Positions 26,417 through 37,590 of a stretch of DNA of 64,000 nt are shown piece by piece. The first letter of the stretch is position 1. The number at the start of each line of letters is the position of its first letter. Source of the stretch: Sedimentisphaeraceae bacterium JB056 (GTDB taxonomy: Bacteria; Planctomycetota; Phycisphaerae; Sedimentisphaerales; Sedimentisphaeraceae); assembly GCA_044440125.1 (NCBI GenBank), contig JBITAJ010000027.1, positions 96,001-160,000 of the forward strand. The letters run 5' to 3'. A model generated the notes under the pieces. That model was not told where the DNA came from, ran no database searches, and worked only from the letters and a program-made list of their open reading frames with translations. The translations under genes were made by a program, and so were the position numbers.

Positions 26417-29400
26417 ATGAAGGATGATAAAAAGGTTATAAAAGATTGTTTGAAGGGCAGCCATCAGGCATTTGCCAGGCTTGTTGATAAGTATAAGTCT
26501 TTCGTTTGTTCGATTGCGTATTGCATGACGGGTAATATCGACAGCAGTGAAGATATTGCTCAGGATGTTTTTATAAGCGTGTGGAGGGATCTGCCGCAGT
26601 TAAATGATTACAGCAAGTTTAAGAATTGGCTCAGATCGATAACGCATAATAAGACTTGCAGCTATCTTAAATCTGATATAAAGCATTCGGCTGTTGATAT
26701 TGAAAGTGTTGCTGTTGCCGCTCCTGATAAGAAGCAAAATAATGAGAATGAACTGATCTGGCAGACACTGGAGACGTTGCCTGCTGAGTATCGAGAGGTG
26801 ATGGTTCAGTATTACAGGCATGAGAAGTCTGCAAAGCAGGTTGGGGAGTTGATGGGGATTAGTGCTGATGCCGTGCGTCAGAGATTATCACGCGGCAGAC
26901 AGATGATTCGTGAGCGGATTGAGGATAGGCTTGAGGCAGGGCTTCGCAATTCTGCACCGGATAAGAAGTTTACGGCATCGGTTATTACTGCTATTTCTTC
27001 GATACCTGTAGGGGTTGCGGTAAGTGAGGCGGCGGCTGTTTCGACTTCCGTCTCTGCTCCTTTTACAGTTGCACTGAAAACAATCATGGCGACAACTGCC
27101 GCAAAAGTGGCGACTGTTGCAATAATTGCCGCTGCCGCGATTGCGACCGGATTAATCCTGAGCAATAATGAAAAATCTCAACCAATACAAAGAACAGAAG
27201 CAATCCAGCCGGTTACCGCAACCGGTTCATCACCCGTAGAGACGCATTTTAATGCGTCTGAAAACCTGACGCAACCCATTGTAACCCCAATACCGCAAGA
27301 ACTACAACAATCACCCGCAGAACAACAGGCTCCCGAGACCCCGCAACCAACAGAATCCCCTGCCGCAACTGAAGAAACAACAAATGCCTTCACCCCAAGA
27401 GGAGTCCTTAGCGGCCTGATAACAGACAAAGAAACCGGAGAACCGGTTATTGATGCTCAAATATCAGTTACTTTGCCCAATAATCATATTGAGCAAACTC
27501 ATGCAGATGAAAATGGATTCTATTATTTTGAGAAATTACCTCAATATGGCAATTGTAAACTTGACGTAACTTCTATAGATTACGTCAGCCTACAAAATTC
27601 GACTAATGACAAGCTGAACGTGAATTTATTAGCTGAAAACCAAACAATACAGCATCTTGAACTTGAAAAGGCCTGCTTGCTTGAGGTTTTAGTAGTTGAC
27701 GAAGAGGATAAGCCAATTGAAGGTGCAGAAGTAACGATATTCGACTCATTTAAAGAATTTAAAATAGTAAATACAAGGCGTAAAACCAATCAAGAAGGTA
27801 GATTGGTAACCGGCGGCATAAAGCCTTCAAAGGCTTCTTATCCTGTTATGGTAATACAAAAAAGGCGAGCTCAGTCAAGTAATGGTATAAGTGATTTTTG
27901 TCGAGATTACTCACCAACGCATGCAAATGTTATACTTGATAATCCTGAAATAATGAAAAGCATTAAGATTGTCATGCAGAAGGGGTTCGATATAAGAGGC
28001 AGGCTTTTATATGCCGATAAGGTACCGGCAAGTGATCTGATAATCACTGTAGAACCTAAGTGGTGGAAAGATTCGAGTCTTTTTAGTGAAAGTTCAATAG
28101 AGGAGGATGGGGCATTCATCATTAATAAAGTGACCAGTGACAATTACAACATTAATGTTTTAATACCAACCGGAGATGGGAGATTGAGCCAGAGGAGAAT
28201 AGCAACACAATATTTAGACGAAGGAAATTTTCTTGATTTTGTATTGCCGTTTAACAGCCCCTCAAATCTTGTGAATTTCTCAGGCAAACTCATGTTTGAA
28301 GGTGAAATTAAATCTGGCATTATAATTATTAGAGGCAGATCAGATATCTCGGAATTTTCGCGAAGCATTTACTGTAGCGAGGATGATATCCAAGACATTA
28401 CATTCGATATAGAAAGAGTTCAGCCCGGTCTATATTCTGTAGATATAACGGGTAAGGGCGTTGAAGATGTATATCTCAAAAACGTTCAGATACCAATAAA
28501 TGATTTCACGCAAACTTTGAAATGTGTCGTAGATAAGGTTGTTACAGGAATAGTAATTGATAAAAAAACGCAAAAAACATTGAATAATTTCAAAGTTAAA
28601 ACTCATCCAGTTAAATTGTACGAAGGTAAAAGTCACAGTTTTAAAGAGAGCTGGATCCGTTACTCCAGCCAGAATGGGAGATTGGAATTGGATGTAGAAT
28701 ATGACGGTATATATGAATTCACAGTAACAGCAGAAAATTACGCCCCCCAAATAGTTACTATTGATACATTAAAAAACAGATCTTTCGTTGCCGAAATGAT
28801 AGAAGGGAATAAACTCAAAGGAAGAGTCATAGACTCAAATGGTAGGCCTGTTAAAAACGCCAAGCTCATACCATTTACTATTAATGGTAACTATAATGAG
28901 TATAATAAAGACCGTAAGGAATTCTGCTCAGAAAAGTATTCATGCACTACATTAGGTGATGGGAGTTTTATACTCAGAAATCTTCCTGAAAAATCTGAGA
29001 CAATTAAAATTTTACATCCTAATTTTGTTGAAAGTCTTATAGATATTGAATTGCCTTATACAGGAGAATTTGTGGCAACACTAACTCACGGCAGCAGTAT
29101 TCAGGGATATGTTTACGACAATCATGGAAATACGAAAAATAATATAACTATTTCTCTCACTAATGAACCGACTGATTTTCGGGGACAGAGTATAATAAAA
29201 CAGACTACTACAGATGATACCGGCTACTATCAATTTACCAATATTGACAATATGCCGTTTTATGTCAAGATACGAAGTACAGAAGAAGTTGAAGGTGTTA
29301 GTCGTTGTTATGTCATGCCTCAGAAAGAAGAAAAGACAAATTTAGACTTGGGAGGAAACTTCTTTCTCAAAGGCAGAATCTTTGTTAATAATATCCCATT

Positions 29401-30100
29401 AGCAAATACACATATTGCTATCATTGATTCACCGAGTTACATTTATTCAGATTTCAAAAATAATGGAATGACAAAACCTGATGGTAGTTTTATATTTAGT
29501 GGCATTACCGAAGGCATAAAACGACTTGTATACAAAACAGATAACAATGATTGGCTCTCCATAACAGAACTCGACACTAAAGGCATTGATTTTAATATCG
29601 GTAATATATTTATTGATGTAGTAGATATTGAGGTTAAGATTCATTCAACTGATATTATTAAACAATGTTCAGTAACAGAGAGCTTTGAATATCCGTCTCA
29701 AGGTAAATACGATATGATTCCTTCCGGAAATAACACATTTACTACTGAAAATATACAACCCGGGAAACATGTCCTGATGATTGTAAGAAAACCGAACTAT
29801 GCAGTATTTGCTGAAGAAATAGATGTGTCCAATAGTGAAACTCCGCTTGTATTTGATATTGAATTACCTATAGCAAACTCATCTATATATGGTCACTGTC
29901 GTAATGACAGACGTCTTCTTGTTAAAAGAGAAGACAATAGTTTCTTCAAATTTATACATAGAGAAAATAACGAATACAAAATCAATAATATGCCTGCCGG
30001 TAAGTATGTTGTCGAAACTTACCCAGAAAGAGACATAATTACTACCTTTGAACTTGGTGAAGATCAGGAATTGGAGCTTAATTTTGATGATTTGCCGTAG
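26417..30100 (+). CDS. Membrane-anchored ECF sigma factor (sigma2 + sigma4, TM helix, P/T/E/Q linker, carboxypeptidase-regulatory-like beta-sandwich repeats), paralog A
   Basis: AFARLVDKY…SEDIAQDVF…FKNWL, LPAEYREV…AVRQRLSRGR, TM VATVAIIAAAAIATGLIL, and GxVxDxxGxPV repeats. Confidence 0.88.
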   Translation: MKDDKKVIKDCLKGSHQAFARLVDKYKSFVCSIAYCMTGNIDSSEDIAQDVFISVWRDLPQLNDYSKFKNWLRSITHNKTCSYLKSDIKHSAVDIESVAVAAPDKKQNNENELIWQTLETLPAEYREVMVQYYRHEKSAKQVGELMGISADAVRQRLSRGRQMIRERIEDRLEAGLRNSAPDKKFTASVITAISSIPVGVAVSEAAAVSTSVSAPFTVALKTIMATTAAKVATVAIIAAAAIATGLILSNNEKSQPIQRTEAIQPVTATGSSPVETHFNASENLTQPIVTPIPQELQQSPAEQQAPETPQPTESPAATEETTNAFTPRGVLSGLITDKETGEPVIDAQISVTLPNNHIEQTHADENGFYYFEKLPQYGNCKLDVTSIDYVSLQNSTNDKLNVNLLAENQTIQHLELEKACLLEVLVVDEEDKPIEGAEVTIFDSFKEFKIVNTRRKTNQEGRLVTGGIKPSKASYPVMVIQKRRAQSSNGISDFCRDYSPTHANVILDNPEIMKSIKIVMQKGFDIRGRLLYADKVPASDLIITVEPKWWKDSSLFSESSIEEDGAFIINKVTSDNYNINVLIPTGDGRLSQRRIATQYLDEGNFLDFVLPFNSPSNLVNFSGKLMFEGEIKSGIIIIRGRSDISEFSRSIYCSEDDIQDITFDIERVQPGLYSVDITGKGVEDVYLKNVQIPINDFTQTLKCVVDKVVTGIVIDKKTQKTLNNFKVKTHPVKLYEGKSHSFKESWIRYSSQNGRLELDVEYDGIYEFTVTAENYAPQIVTIDTLKNRSFVAEMIEGNKLKGRVIDSNGRPVKNAKLIPFTINGNYNEYNKDRKEFCSEKYSCTTLGDGSFILRNLPEKSETIKILHPNFVESLIDIELPYTGEFVATLTHGSSIQGYVYDNHGNTKNNITISLTNEPTDFRGQSIIKQTTTDDTGYYQFTNIDNMPFYVKIRSTEEVEGVSRCYVMPQKEEKTNLDLGGNFFLKGRIFVNNIPLANTHIAIIDSPSYIYSDFKNNGMTKPDGSFIFSGITEGIKRLVYKTDNNDWLSITELDTKGIDFNIGNIFIDVVDIEVKIHSTDIIKQCSVTESFEYPSQGKYDMIPSGNNTFTTENIQPGKHVLMIVRKPNYAVFAEEIDVSNSETPLVFDIELPIANSSIYGHCRNDRRLLVKREDNSFFKFIHRENNEYKINNMPAGKYVVETYPERDIITTFELGEDQELELNFDDLP
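26756..27466 (+). repeat. Internal homologous cassette shared by the three ECF-fusion genes (copy A)
   Basis: Long identical runs with the reverse complement of 52936-53649 and 48790-49319, e.g. gataagaagtttacggcatcggttatt and ctgataacagacaaagaaaccgg. Confidence 0.9.
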
Positions 30101-30135
30101 TTTATTTCCTGTTTCCGGGAGTGTTTAAAAAGACA

Positions 30136-30440
30136 GAAAGCCGGAAGGGTAAACTGAATACGGGAAAGTAAGGAGGTATTATAGTTTTTTAGAAAGAGTT
30201 GGGCGGCGCCAGGAGAAGCCCCGCCCGGTGTGTTGTAAGTTATTGGTTGGAGTTGTTGTTAGTGTACTGTCTGGTTGCATTGGTTGTAGCGTTGGTTGTT
30301 CTATGCAGACAAAGAATATGTCCGCGATAGTAAATCTTACAAGCCATTCTCTCTATGGTTGTACGAAAGTTTAGTCCCGAACAGCCTTTAAGATTAATAC
30401 AATCCCGTATTCAGTTTTCATTAGAACCCTTCCAGCTTTC
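30136..30440 (-). ncRNA. Candidate fold-back RNA enclosing two small ORFs (16 aa and 35 aa)
   Basis: 30-nt long-range inverted repeat (30136-30165 against 30403-30417 plus 30426-30440) and an internal GC hairpin at 30201-30226. Confidence 0.4.
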
Positions 30441-30617
30441 ATGCTGTTTTCTAATCATGTTGTCTATTCCTTGTCAATATAGTATATGTTTTCCGATAGG
30501 GATTGTTCGGATTAAGTGGTCTTTTTTTAATTATTTTTATGGAATAAATGATAATTTTATAGGATATTTAGGGTATCTACCTTATGGGTAATGACTTATG
30601 TCTGATACATAGCTTTG

Positions 30618-31904
30618 TCATTTTTTTACATCCCCGCTGCCGTGGAATACTCTTATTGCCTTACCTTCCTGCCGCGGCAAACCGCCGATGGGGAAAACGT
30701 CTCCTTCGGGTGCAAATCCAAGTGCTTCCTTGAGCACTTTGCACACCATATGGCCTGTTACAGAACCGTCTGCTTCCACATTAACACGCACATTCTGGAC
30801 ACCCCCGGTATTTTCGAGGATTATCTGGTAATTAGACCCGATTCCCGGTATCTGCATTAGTGCCTGCTCAACCTGTTTGGGCCAGAAATTCACTCCTTTT
30901 ACTATCAGCATATCGTCCACGCGGCCTGTTATAGCCTCAATCTTTATATGCGTTCTGCCACAATCACATTTCTCACGCGAGACCACACGCGATAGGTCGC
31001 CGGTCTTGAATCTTATTACAGGAAGAGCCTTTCTTGTTAACGAAGTGAATATCAGTTCGCCGTGGTCGCCATCGGGAACAGATTTGCCAGTATTTGGATC
31101 CACAACCTCTACAATATAATGATCTTCCCATACATGTATGCCATTATGAGCGCAGCAATCCATACCGAGAGTACCTACTCCGCCGGTTTCTGTCATGCCG
31201 TAAATATCGTATACATCAATACCTAAGCCCTTTTCAAGCTTTTCTTTCATGCCTTCACTGAAAGCTTCTGCCCCGAATATTCCTATTTTCAAATCTGGCA
31301 GTTCCTTGCCGAGCTCCTGCATCACTTCCATGATACGAATGCCGTAGCTGACTACGCCGGTCAGTACTTTGGTACCAAAATCGCCTGCAAGTTTGATCTG
31401 GCGTTCGGTATTGCCTGCACCTGCTGGGATTACAAACATCCCGGCAGCCCTTGCACCATGATACATCCCAAAACCGCCATTAAACAGACCAAAGGAAGGG
31501 GTTATCTGTACCGTATCGTTCTCTTGACCGCCCGCCATATAATAGCATCTAGCCATACATTCAGCCCACTGTGCAAGATCGTTAGCGGTGTAAGGCATTA
31601 CTACTGGAGTACCGGTGCTTCCGCTGGACATATGCATCTCTTTTATTTGGGATTGATCAACGCATGAAAGGCCCATTGGATAAGAGGTTCGAAGCAACTC
31701 CTTATCCATAATCGGGAGCAGTTCTATATCCTCGAGAGTTTTGATATCTTCGGGATTTACGCCCTTTTCATCGAATCTCTTTTTCTGAATGGCATTGTTA
31801 TTATATACATGTTTGAGACGATCTTTGAGGCGTTCAAGCTGCAGATGTTTGATTTCGTCCTGAGAGAGAGTTTCAAATTGCGGGTTGAAAAATTTAGTGT
31901 TCAC
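30618..31904 (-). CDS. paaK: Phenylacetate--CoA ligase family protein
   Basis: HMSSGSTGTP, GAEAFS, DIYGMTE, HVWEDH, RFKTGD and GRVDDMLIVKGVNFWP. Confidence 0.88.
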   Translation of the reverse strand: MNTKFFNPQFETLSQDEIKHLQLERLKDRLKHVYNNNAIQKKRFDEKGVNPEDIKTLEDIELLPIMDKELLRTSYPMGLSCVDQSQIKEMHMSSGSTGTPVVMPYTANDLAQWAECMARCYYMAGGQENDTVQITPSFGLFNGGFGMYHGARAAGMFVIPAGAGNTERQIKLAGDFGTKVLTGVVSYGIRIMEVMQELGKELPDLKIGIFGAEAFSEGMKEKLEKGLGIDVYDIYGMTETGGVGTLGMDCCAHNGIHVWEDHYIVEVVDPNTGKSVPDGDHGELIFTSLTRKALPVIRFKTGDLSRVVSREKCDCGRTHIKIEAITGRVDDMLIVKGVNFWPKQVEQALMQIPGIGSNYQIILENTGGVQNVRVNVEADGSVTGHMVCKVLKEALGFAPEGDVFPIGGLPRQEGKAIRVFHGSGDVKK

Positions 31905-32045
31905 TTTAATACATCCTTTTATCTTTTGTTAAAGTACCAATGCATACCTAATATCATAAAATTAACCAGATATTATATTTATGTCAAGGATGCAGTTGAT
32001 ATTTTAAGACAAAAAGGAGGATTAAAGCCTTCCGACCGCCATCGG

Positions 32046-32915
32046 CTATTTTCTCAGCAGTGAATAGAGGGTTATTTCCGGCGTGCAGAAAAACCTCGGC
32101 CCCGGCACTCTTGTAGGAAGTGTAGCCAAGCCTCTGTTTACATACACAAATTTACCGTCAATGTTGTACAGGCCTTTTTTGAACCTCTTGTCGTGATTTG
32201 GCACAAATATTGGACCAAAGAACGGGATACAAACCTGACCACCGTGCGTATGTCCGCACAGCAGAGCATCAAATTCCTTGTTTTTAAGCCTTCTGAAGCA
32301 GTCGGGGTTGTGAGCTATTACGATTCTGGGCAATTGATCCGAAAGCCCGGTAAATGCTTTTTGAGGATAGCAGTCGCCGCGGAGTGTTTCGCCGAGGCCT
32401 ATAATCTGGATGCCGGCTTTATCAATGGTGATTTTTCGCGAATCGTTGCGAAGTACGGTTATGCCGCTTTTTTCTATTTGTTCTGTTGTTATTGTGCGAA
32501 TATTAAGCTTATTGTCAATACTGAGGCCGTAATCGTGGTTGCCCATGCATGCGAACACGCCCAATTTGGCCTTTGCATGTTTGAGGATGCTGCTCAAGTC
32601 GCTGTAATATTCGCCTTTGTCATATCTTGACGTAAAATCACCGGTAAGTATAGTTATATCGGGATTAAGTGAGTTTATTTTCTCAATGACCCCAATGAGA
32701 AAATCTTTGCTGCAGCAGCTTCCATAGTGCAAATCGCTTATATGGGCTATTTTCTTGCCAACAAACTGCTGCGGAAGGTTATTTATGGGAAGATGTATTT
32801 TTTCCGTCAAGATTATATTTGGTTCAATAGCAAAAGCATCAACTGCTGAGGCGAATCCAACAGCTGCCGTACCATAAAATATCCTTTTAAATAGCTTACG
32901 TCTGCTTAAATTCAT
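32046..32915 (-). CDS. Calcineurin-like metallophosphoesterase (YkuE-like) with a Tat signal
   Basis: SRRKLF twin-arginine motif; DLH, GD, GNHD and GHTHGGQ. Confidence 0.9.
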   Translation of the reverse strand: MNLSRRKLFKRIFYGTAAVGFASAVDAFAIEPNIILTEKIHLPINNLPQQFVGKKIAHISDLHYGSCCSKDFLIGVIEKINSLNPDITILTGDFTSRYDKGEYYSDLSSILKHAKAKLGVFACMGNHDYGLSIDNKLNIRTITTEQIEKSGITVLRNDSRKITIDKAGIQIIGLGETLRGDCYPQKAFTGLSDQLPRIVIAHNPDCFRRLKNKEFDALLCGHTHGGQVCIPFFGPIFVPNHDKRFKKGLYNIDGKFVYVNRGLATLPTRVPGPRFFCTPEITLYSLLRK

Positions 32916-33069
32916 ATATCTGTATTTTTATGCTAATCCATTAGTAATTTCAAGACAGTTGTATCCGTACAACCATGAAAAGCAAGTAGAGTTTAACATA
33001 ACATACGTTCAAGTCAAAAATTATGTTTGGTGTTTATTCTTTTTTGTTTGCTAAGTGGGCAAGTTTGGC

Positions 33070-33098
33070 TTGACTATGACGCTGGAAACGATTAAAAT
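33070..33098 (+). promoter_or_regulatory. Sigma70 promoter of eno
   Basis: TTGACT-17-TAAAAT. Confidence 0.65.
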
Positions 33099-33151
33099 AC
33101 CGGCGTTTGTGTATATTGTGAAATTAAGTTACTTATTGCATATAGATATGA

Positions 33152-34462
<1,311 letters not shown>

Positions 34463-34486
34463 GCAAATATCATTGAATGAACATAC

Positions 34487-34528
34487 AAAGCGGGATGAGC
34501 CGACAACAAGGCACATCCCGCTTTTTTT
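34487..34528 (+). terminator. Intrinsic terminator after eno
   Basis: AAAGCGGGATG-AGCC…GGC-ACATCCCGC followed by T7. Confidence 0.85.
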
Positions 34529-34627
34529 GATTAATAAGTTCTTAGTTTAAAGTTCGTAGTTCGCAGCGATTAGAAAACCCCGCTCCTTGCTGCGAACTAA
34601 TAGCTATATTATTGAAAGGAAAATACA

Positions 34628-35011
34628 ATGAAAGCAGAAGAATACGCAAAGAAAGATGCTTATGCCGCACATAACGGCGTTGAGCTTTTAGAAGCTAAGG
34701 AAGGCTCGGCAAAGGCAAAATTGTTTCTAAAAGAATATCATCTTAACGGCATGGGTATAACTCACGGAGCGGCCTTGTTTACGCTGGCTGATTTTACATT
34801 CGGCGCTGCTGCCAATTCCCACGAATATGACGCCGTTACGATAAACGTGCATATGTCGTTCCTTAAATCGACAAAAGCCGGCGACACGCTTTACTGCGAG
34901 GCAACAGAAATCAATCTAAGGGGAAGAGTCGGAAGCTATCACGTCCAGATAACCGATGCCGATGGTCAGGTAATAGCAATATTCGAAGGTCTTGCATACC
35001 GTAAATTCTGA
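34628..35011 (+). CDS. PaaI-family hotdog-fold thioesterase
   Basis: HLNGMGITHGAALFTLAD. Confidence 0.88.
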   Translation: MKAEEYAKKDAYAAHNGVELLEAKEGSAKAKLFLKEYHLNGMGITHGAALFTLADFTFGAAANSHEYDAVTINVHMSFLKSTKAGDTLYCEATEINLRGRVGSYHVQITDADGQVIAIFEGLAYRKF

Positions 35012-35044
35012 TTCTCTGGATTGTGGGCCAAGCCGACATTAAAG

Positions 35045-35803
35045 TCAGCTTAAAAGCTTAAGTGCTGAGAGAGCGGCCATTACTCGGGCTACTATTCGGA
35101 ATAGTTTTTGCGGTATGTGCTTGAGCAGTAATATACCGGCTATTGCACCGATTGCGATTGCCGGAGCAGCCATAAGATTAACCTTAAGGCTTGCCGCTGT
35201 TATTAAGCCAAGATGTATGGAGAAGGGAACCTTCACCCAGTTTATTATAAAGAAGAACCATGCTCTGGTGCCTATGAATTCGTTCTTAGGCAAACCGCTT
35301 GCAAGCAGATAAAGTATCATTACCGGCCCTGCGGCATTGGCCATCATAGTAGTCATACCGGCGGCAAAACCAAAGATCACGGCAAGAGGCCTGCTTATTG
35401 CGGGAGCATCGAGGTTTTGGTCAGAAGATGTTTTCTTATTTTTATAGTATTCATAGCAGGTTTGTATTATAAGCATTGCCATCACTATCGCGCCTATTAT
35501 CGGCCTTAGCTGCGGGCTCTCGATTCTTTTCAACACAATGAAGCCTGCTATTATGCCAAGTAATGTACATGGCATCAGATGCATCAGATGTTTCCAATGG
35601 GCATGTTTACGGTAGTAGAATGCCGCAAATATGTCTGCAAATATGAGCGTCGGCAATACAAGACCAACAGACTCCTTTGTTGGCAAAACCATAGCCATCA
35701 GCGGCACTATTAAAATGCTTACGCCGGGCAAACCGGTTTTGGATATTCCTGATAAGAAGGCTGAGAGCAGTATTATCAGCCATTGAGTGATGCTTAGTTC
35801 CAT
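35045..35803 (-). CDS. Sulfite exporter TauE/SafE family membrane protein
   Basis: GISKTGLPG, TTMMANAAGP and NWVKVP; multiple TM helices. Confidence 0.88.
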   Translation of the reverse strand: MELSITQWLIILLSAFLSGISKTGLPGVSILIVPLMAMVLPTKESVGLVLPTLIFADIFAAFYYRKHAHWKHLMHLMPCTLLGIIAGFIVLKRIESPQLRPIIGAIVMAMLIIQTCYEYYKNKKTSSDQNLDAPAISRPLAVIFGFAAGMTTMMANAAGPVMILYLLASGLPKNEFIGTRAWFFFIINWVKVPFSIHLGLITAASLKVNLMAAPAIAIGAIAGILLLKHIPQKLFRIVARVMAALSALKLLS

Positions 35804-35811
35804 GTTTACAT

Positions 35812-35840
35812 AAAAAAACGGCAGGTTTGAGCCTGCCGTT
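35812..35840 (-). terminator. Intrinsic terminator after the phosphotransferase gene
   Basis: AACGGCAGG-CTCAAA-CCTGCCG-T7 on the minus strand. Confidence 0.75.
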
Positions 35841-35861
35841 AGGTTTTACTGATTGTTAAGA

Positions 35862-36995
35862 TTAATCAATGCACATATCCTCAGCGGTGTTTACCGTAAT
35901 GCATTCGGATATTATTTCGTTCAACCTGTCCTCTTGTTCAGTGATAGACTCCACAAGCTTGAACTGAGTGCGCGTTCTGTCAATGTTCTGACCATCCCGC
36001 TTAACCTTGAAATACTTATCACCATCAAGATAGTCTGTAAGGAATCTTGTACCTATCATGAGACAAAGAAGCTTGGAGCTTAATACAAGGTGATGCTTTT
36101 CCTGCGAGTTGAGGAACTCTCCTGCAGATGCCAGATAACCGCGGAGAACCGCTTCAAATCGTGATACATCGAGATGCACCTTTGATGTATCTGGTTCATC
36201 TTCACGAGATATACTGCCTGTGGAACGCACGAGATCGCCGAAATCGTACAGCGACAGTCCCGGCATAACGGTATCAAGGTCAATAACACAGACACCTTCG
36301 CCTGTCTTGTCATCAAGCATTACATTGTTGATTTTTGTGTCATTGTGGGTAATTCTTACAGGTATTTGCCCATCTTCAACAAGATCCGGCAAGACGTAAA
36401 AAATCCAACTATGGTCGTAAAGGAAGTCTATTTCTGCTTTTACATTTTTCGCCCTGTTGTGCTTATCTTCCTTTAACACGCGTTTAAAATTTTCGAATCG
36501 TTTGGGACCATTGTGGAAATCTGGTATGGTTTCATGCAACGGTTCTCCCGGCAGATCGGTAAGCATTCCCTGAAAATGCCCAAACGCTTTTGCCGCTTCA
36601 AAAAGCTGGCTGTGATGCTCAGGAATATCGAAAGTACTTGCACCCTTTATGAACAGGTGCGTACGCCAGCAGCTTCCATCATCATCAGTATAGTAACTTT
36701 TGCCGTCAACTGTTTTGAAAACACTCAAAACTCTTCTGTCGATTTCCTCAACATGCTGCTGGATCAATTTATGACGACAGTGATCAACTACCCTGGTTAG
36801 GTTTTCCATCAGTTGATCGGGATGTTGAAATACGTTAGTATTTATTCGCTGAAATACGTAGTCAATCTGTTTTGTTCTGTGCTGAGCTTTGACGTGAAAC
36901 GTGTCGTTAATATGACCGCTTCCGCATGGCTTTCCAGATATGAAATCACCCGCTATATCAAAGATACGGAATATACGTTGAAGTTTATTTTCCAC
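35862..36995 (-). CDS. Aminoglycoside-phosphotransferase-family kinase (N-acetylhexosamine 1-kinase-like)
   Basis: GSGHINDT, QRIN, HNDTKINN, VIDLDTVMPG and RFLTDYL. Confidence 0.85.
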   Translation of the reverse strand: MENKLQRIFRIFDIAGDFISGKPCGSGHINDTFHVKAQHRTKQIDYVFQRINTNVFQHPDQLMENLTRVVDHCRHKLIQQHVEEIDRRVLSVFKTVDGKSYYTDDDGSCWRTHLFIKGASTFDIPEHHSQLFEAAKAFGHFQGMLTDLPGEPLHETIPDFHNGPKRFENFKRVLKEDKHNRAKNVKAEIDFLYDHSWIFYVLPDLVEDGQIPVRITHNDTKINNVMLDDKTGEGVCVIDLDTVMPGLSLYDFGDLVRSTGSISREDEPDTSKVHLDVSRFEAVLRGYLASAGEFLNSQEKHHLVLSSKLLCLMIGTRFLTDYLDGDKYFKVKRDGQNIDRTRTQFKLVESITEQEDRLNEIISECITVNTAEDMCID

Positions 36996-37037
36996 ATTTT
37001 TCTCCTTTTACGTACACAACCAATCAATACATAACCG

Positions 37038-37068
37038 AAAAAGGGATGTTCACTTAGTGAACATCCCT
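37038..37068 (-). terminator. Intrinsic terminator after rpmA
   Basis: AGGGATGTTCAC-TAA-GTGAACATCCCT-TTTT. Confidence 0.8.
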
Positions 37069-37093
37069 GAAATATCCGTTAAAATAACGTAAA

Positions 37094-37339
37094 TCAGGCT
37101 TCTGCGCAATCAATATGCACTTTTTTGCCTTGGAAACGTACAATACCTGCCTTGAGTGCAAAGAGTGTGTAGTCTTTTCCGCATCCGACATTGAAGCCGG
37201 GGTGGAACTTTGTTCCGCACTGACGAACGATGATAGAGCCGGCTTTAGCAGTCTGACCGCCATAAAGCTTTACGCCGCGATACTGGGCGTTACTATCTCT
37301 ACCGTTCCTTGATGAACCTTGTCCTTTTTTATGAGCCAT
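37094..37339 (-). CDS. rpmA: 50S ribosomal protein L27
   Basis: [16 protein letters not shown]…GSIIVRQ…GKDYTLFAL. Confidence 0.98.
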   Translation of the reverse strand: MAHKKGQGSSRNGRDSNAQYRGVKLYGGQTAKAGSIIVRQCGTKFHPGFNVGCGKDYTLFALKAGIVRFQGKKVHIDCAEA

Positions 37340-37590
37340 TTATTAACCTCGTTCTTATGGTCTTAATAACTTTATTGTTTCTTTTATTATACGCCAAAAC
37401 TGCATTATACCTTTTTTTCATAGGTTGTCCAGAGTTTTTTAGAGAATTGGGGCTCACACATGCACCCGATCTGCACTCAGGGCTATTATGTATATATTAG
37501 CCATAACTTAACTTGCAATTATCCCTCATGCTTGCTATTATAAATAAAATTCAAAATATTACGAGCACAAATAAGTTAAGGCAAAAGGTT

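Noticed and set aside
30231..30300. GTT/GGTT-rich tract resembling a repeat array
   Set aside because: No constant repeat-spacer periodicity, so not CRISPR; explained as the Thr/Asn codons of the small minus-strand ORF
37094..37339. rpmA without an adjacent rplU
   Set aside because: Separation of the two genes is not by itself evidence of anything unusual, and the gene is intact with its own terminator
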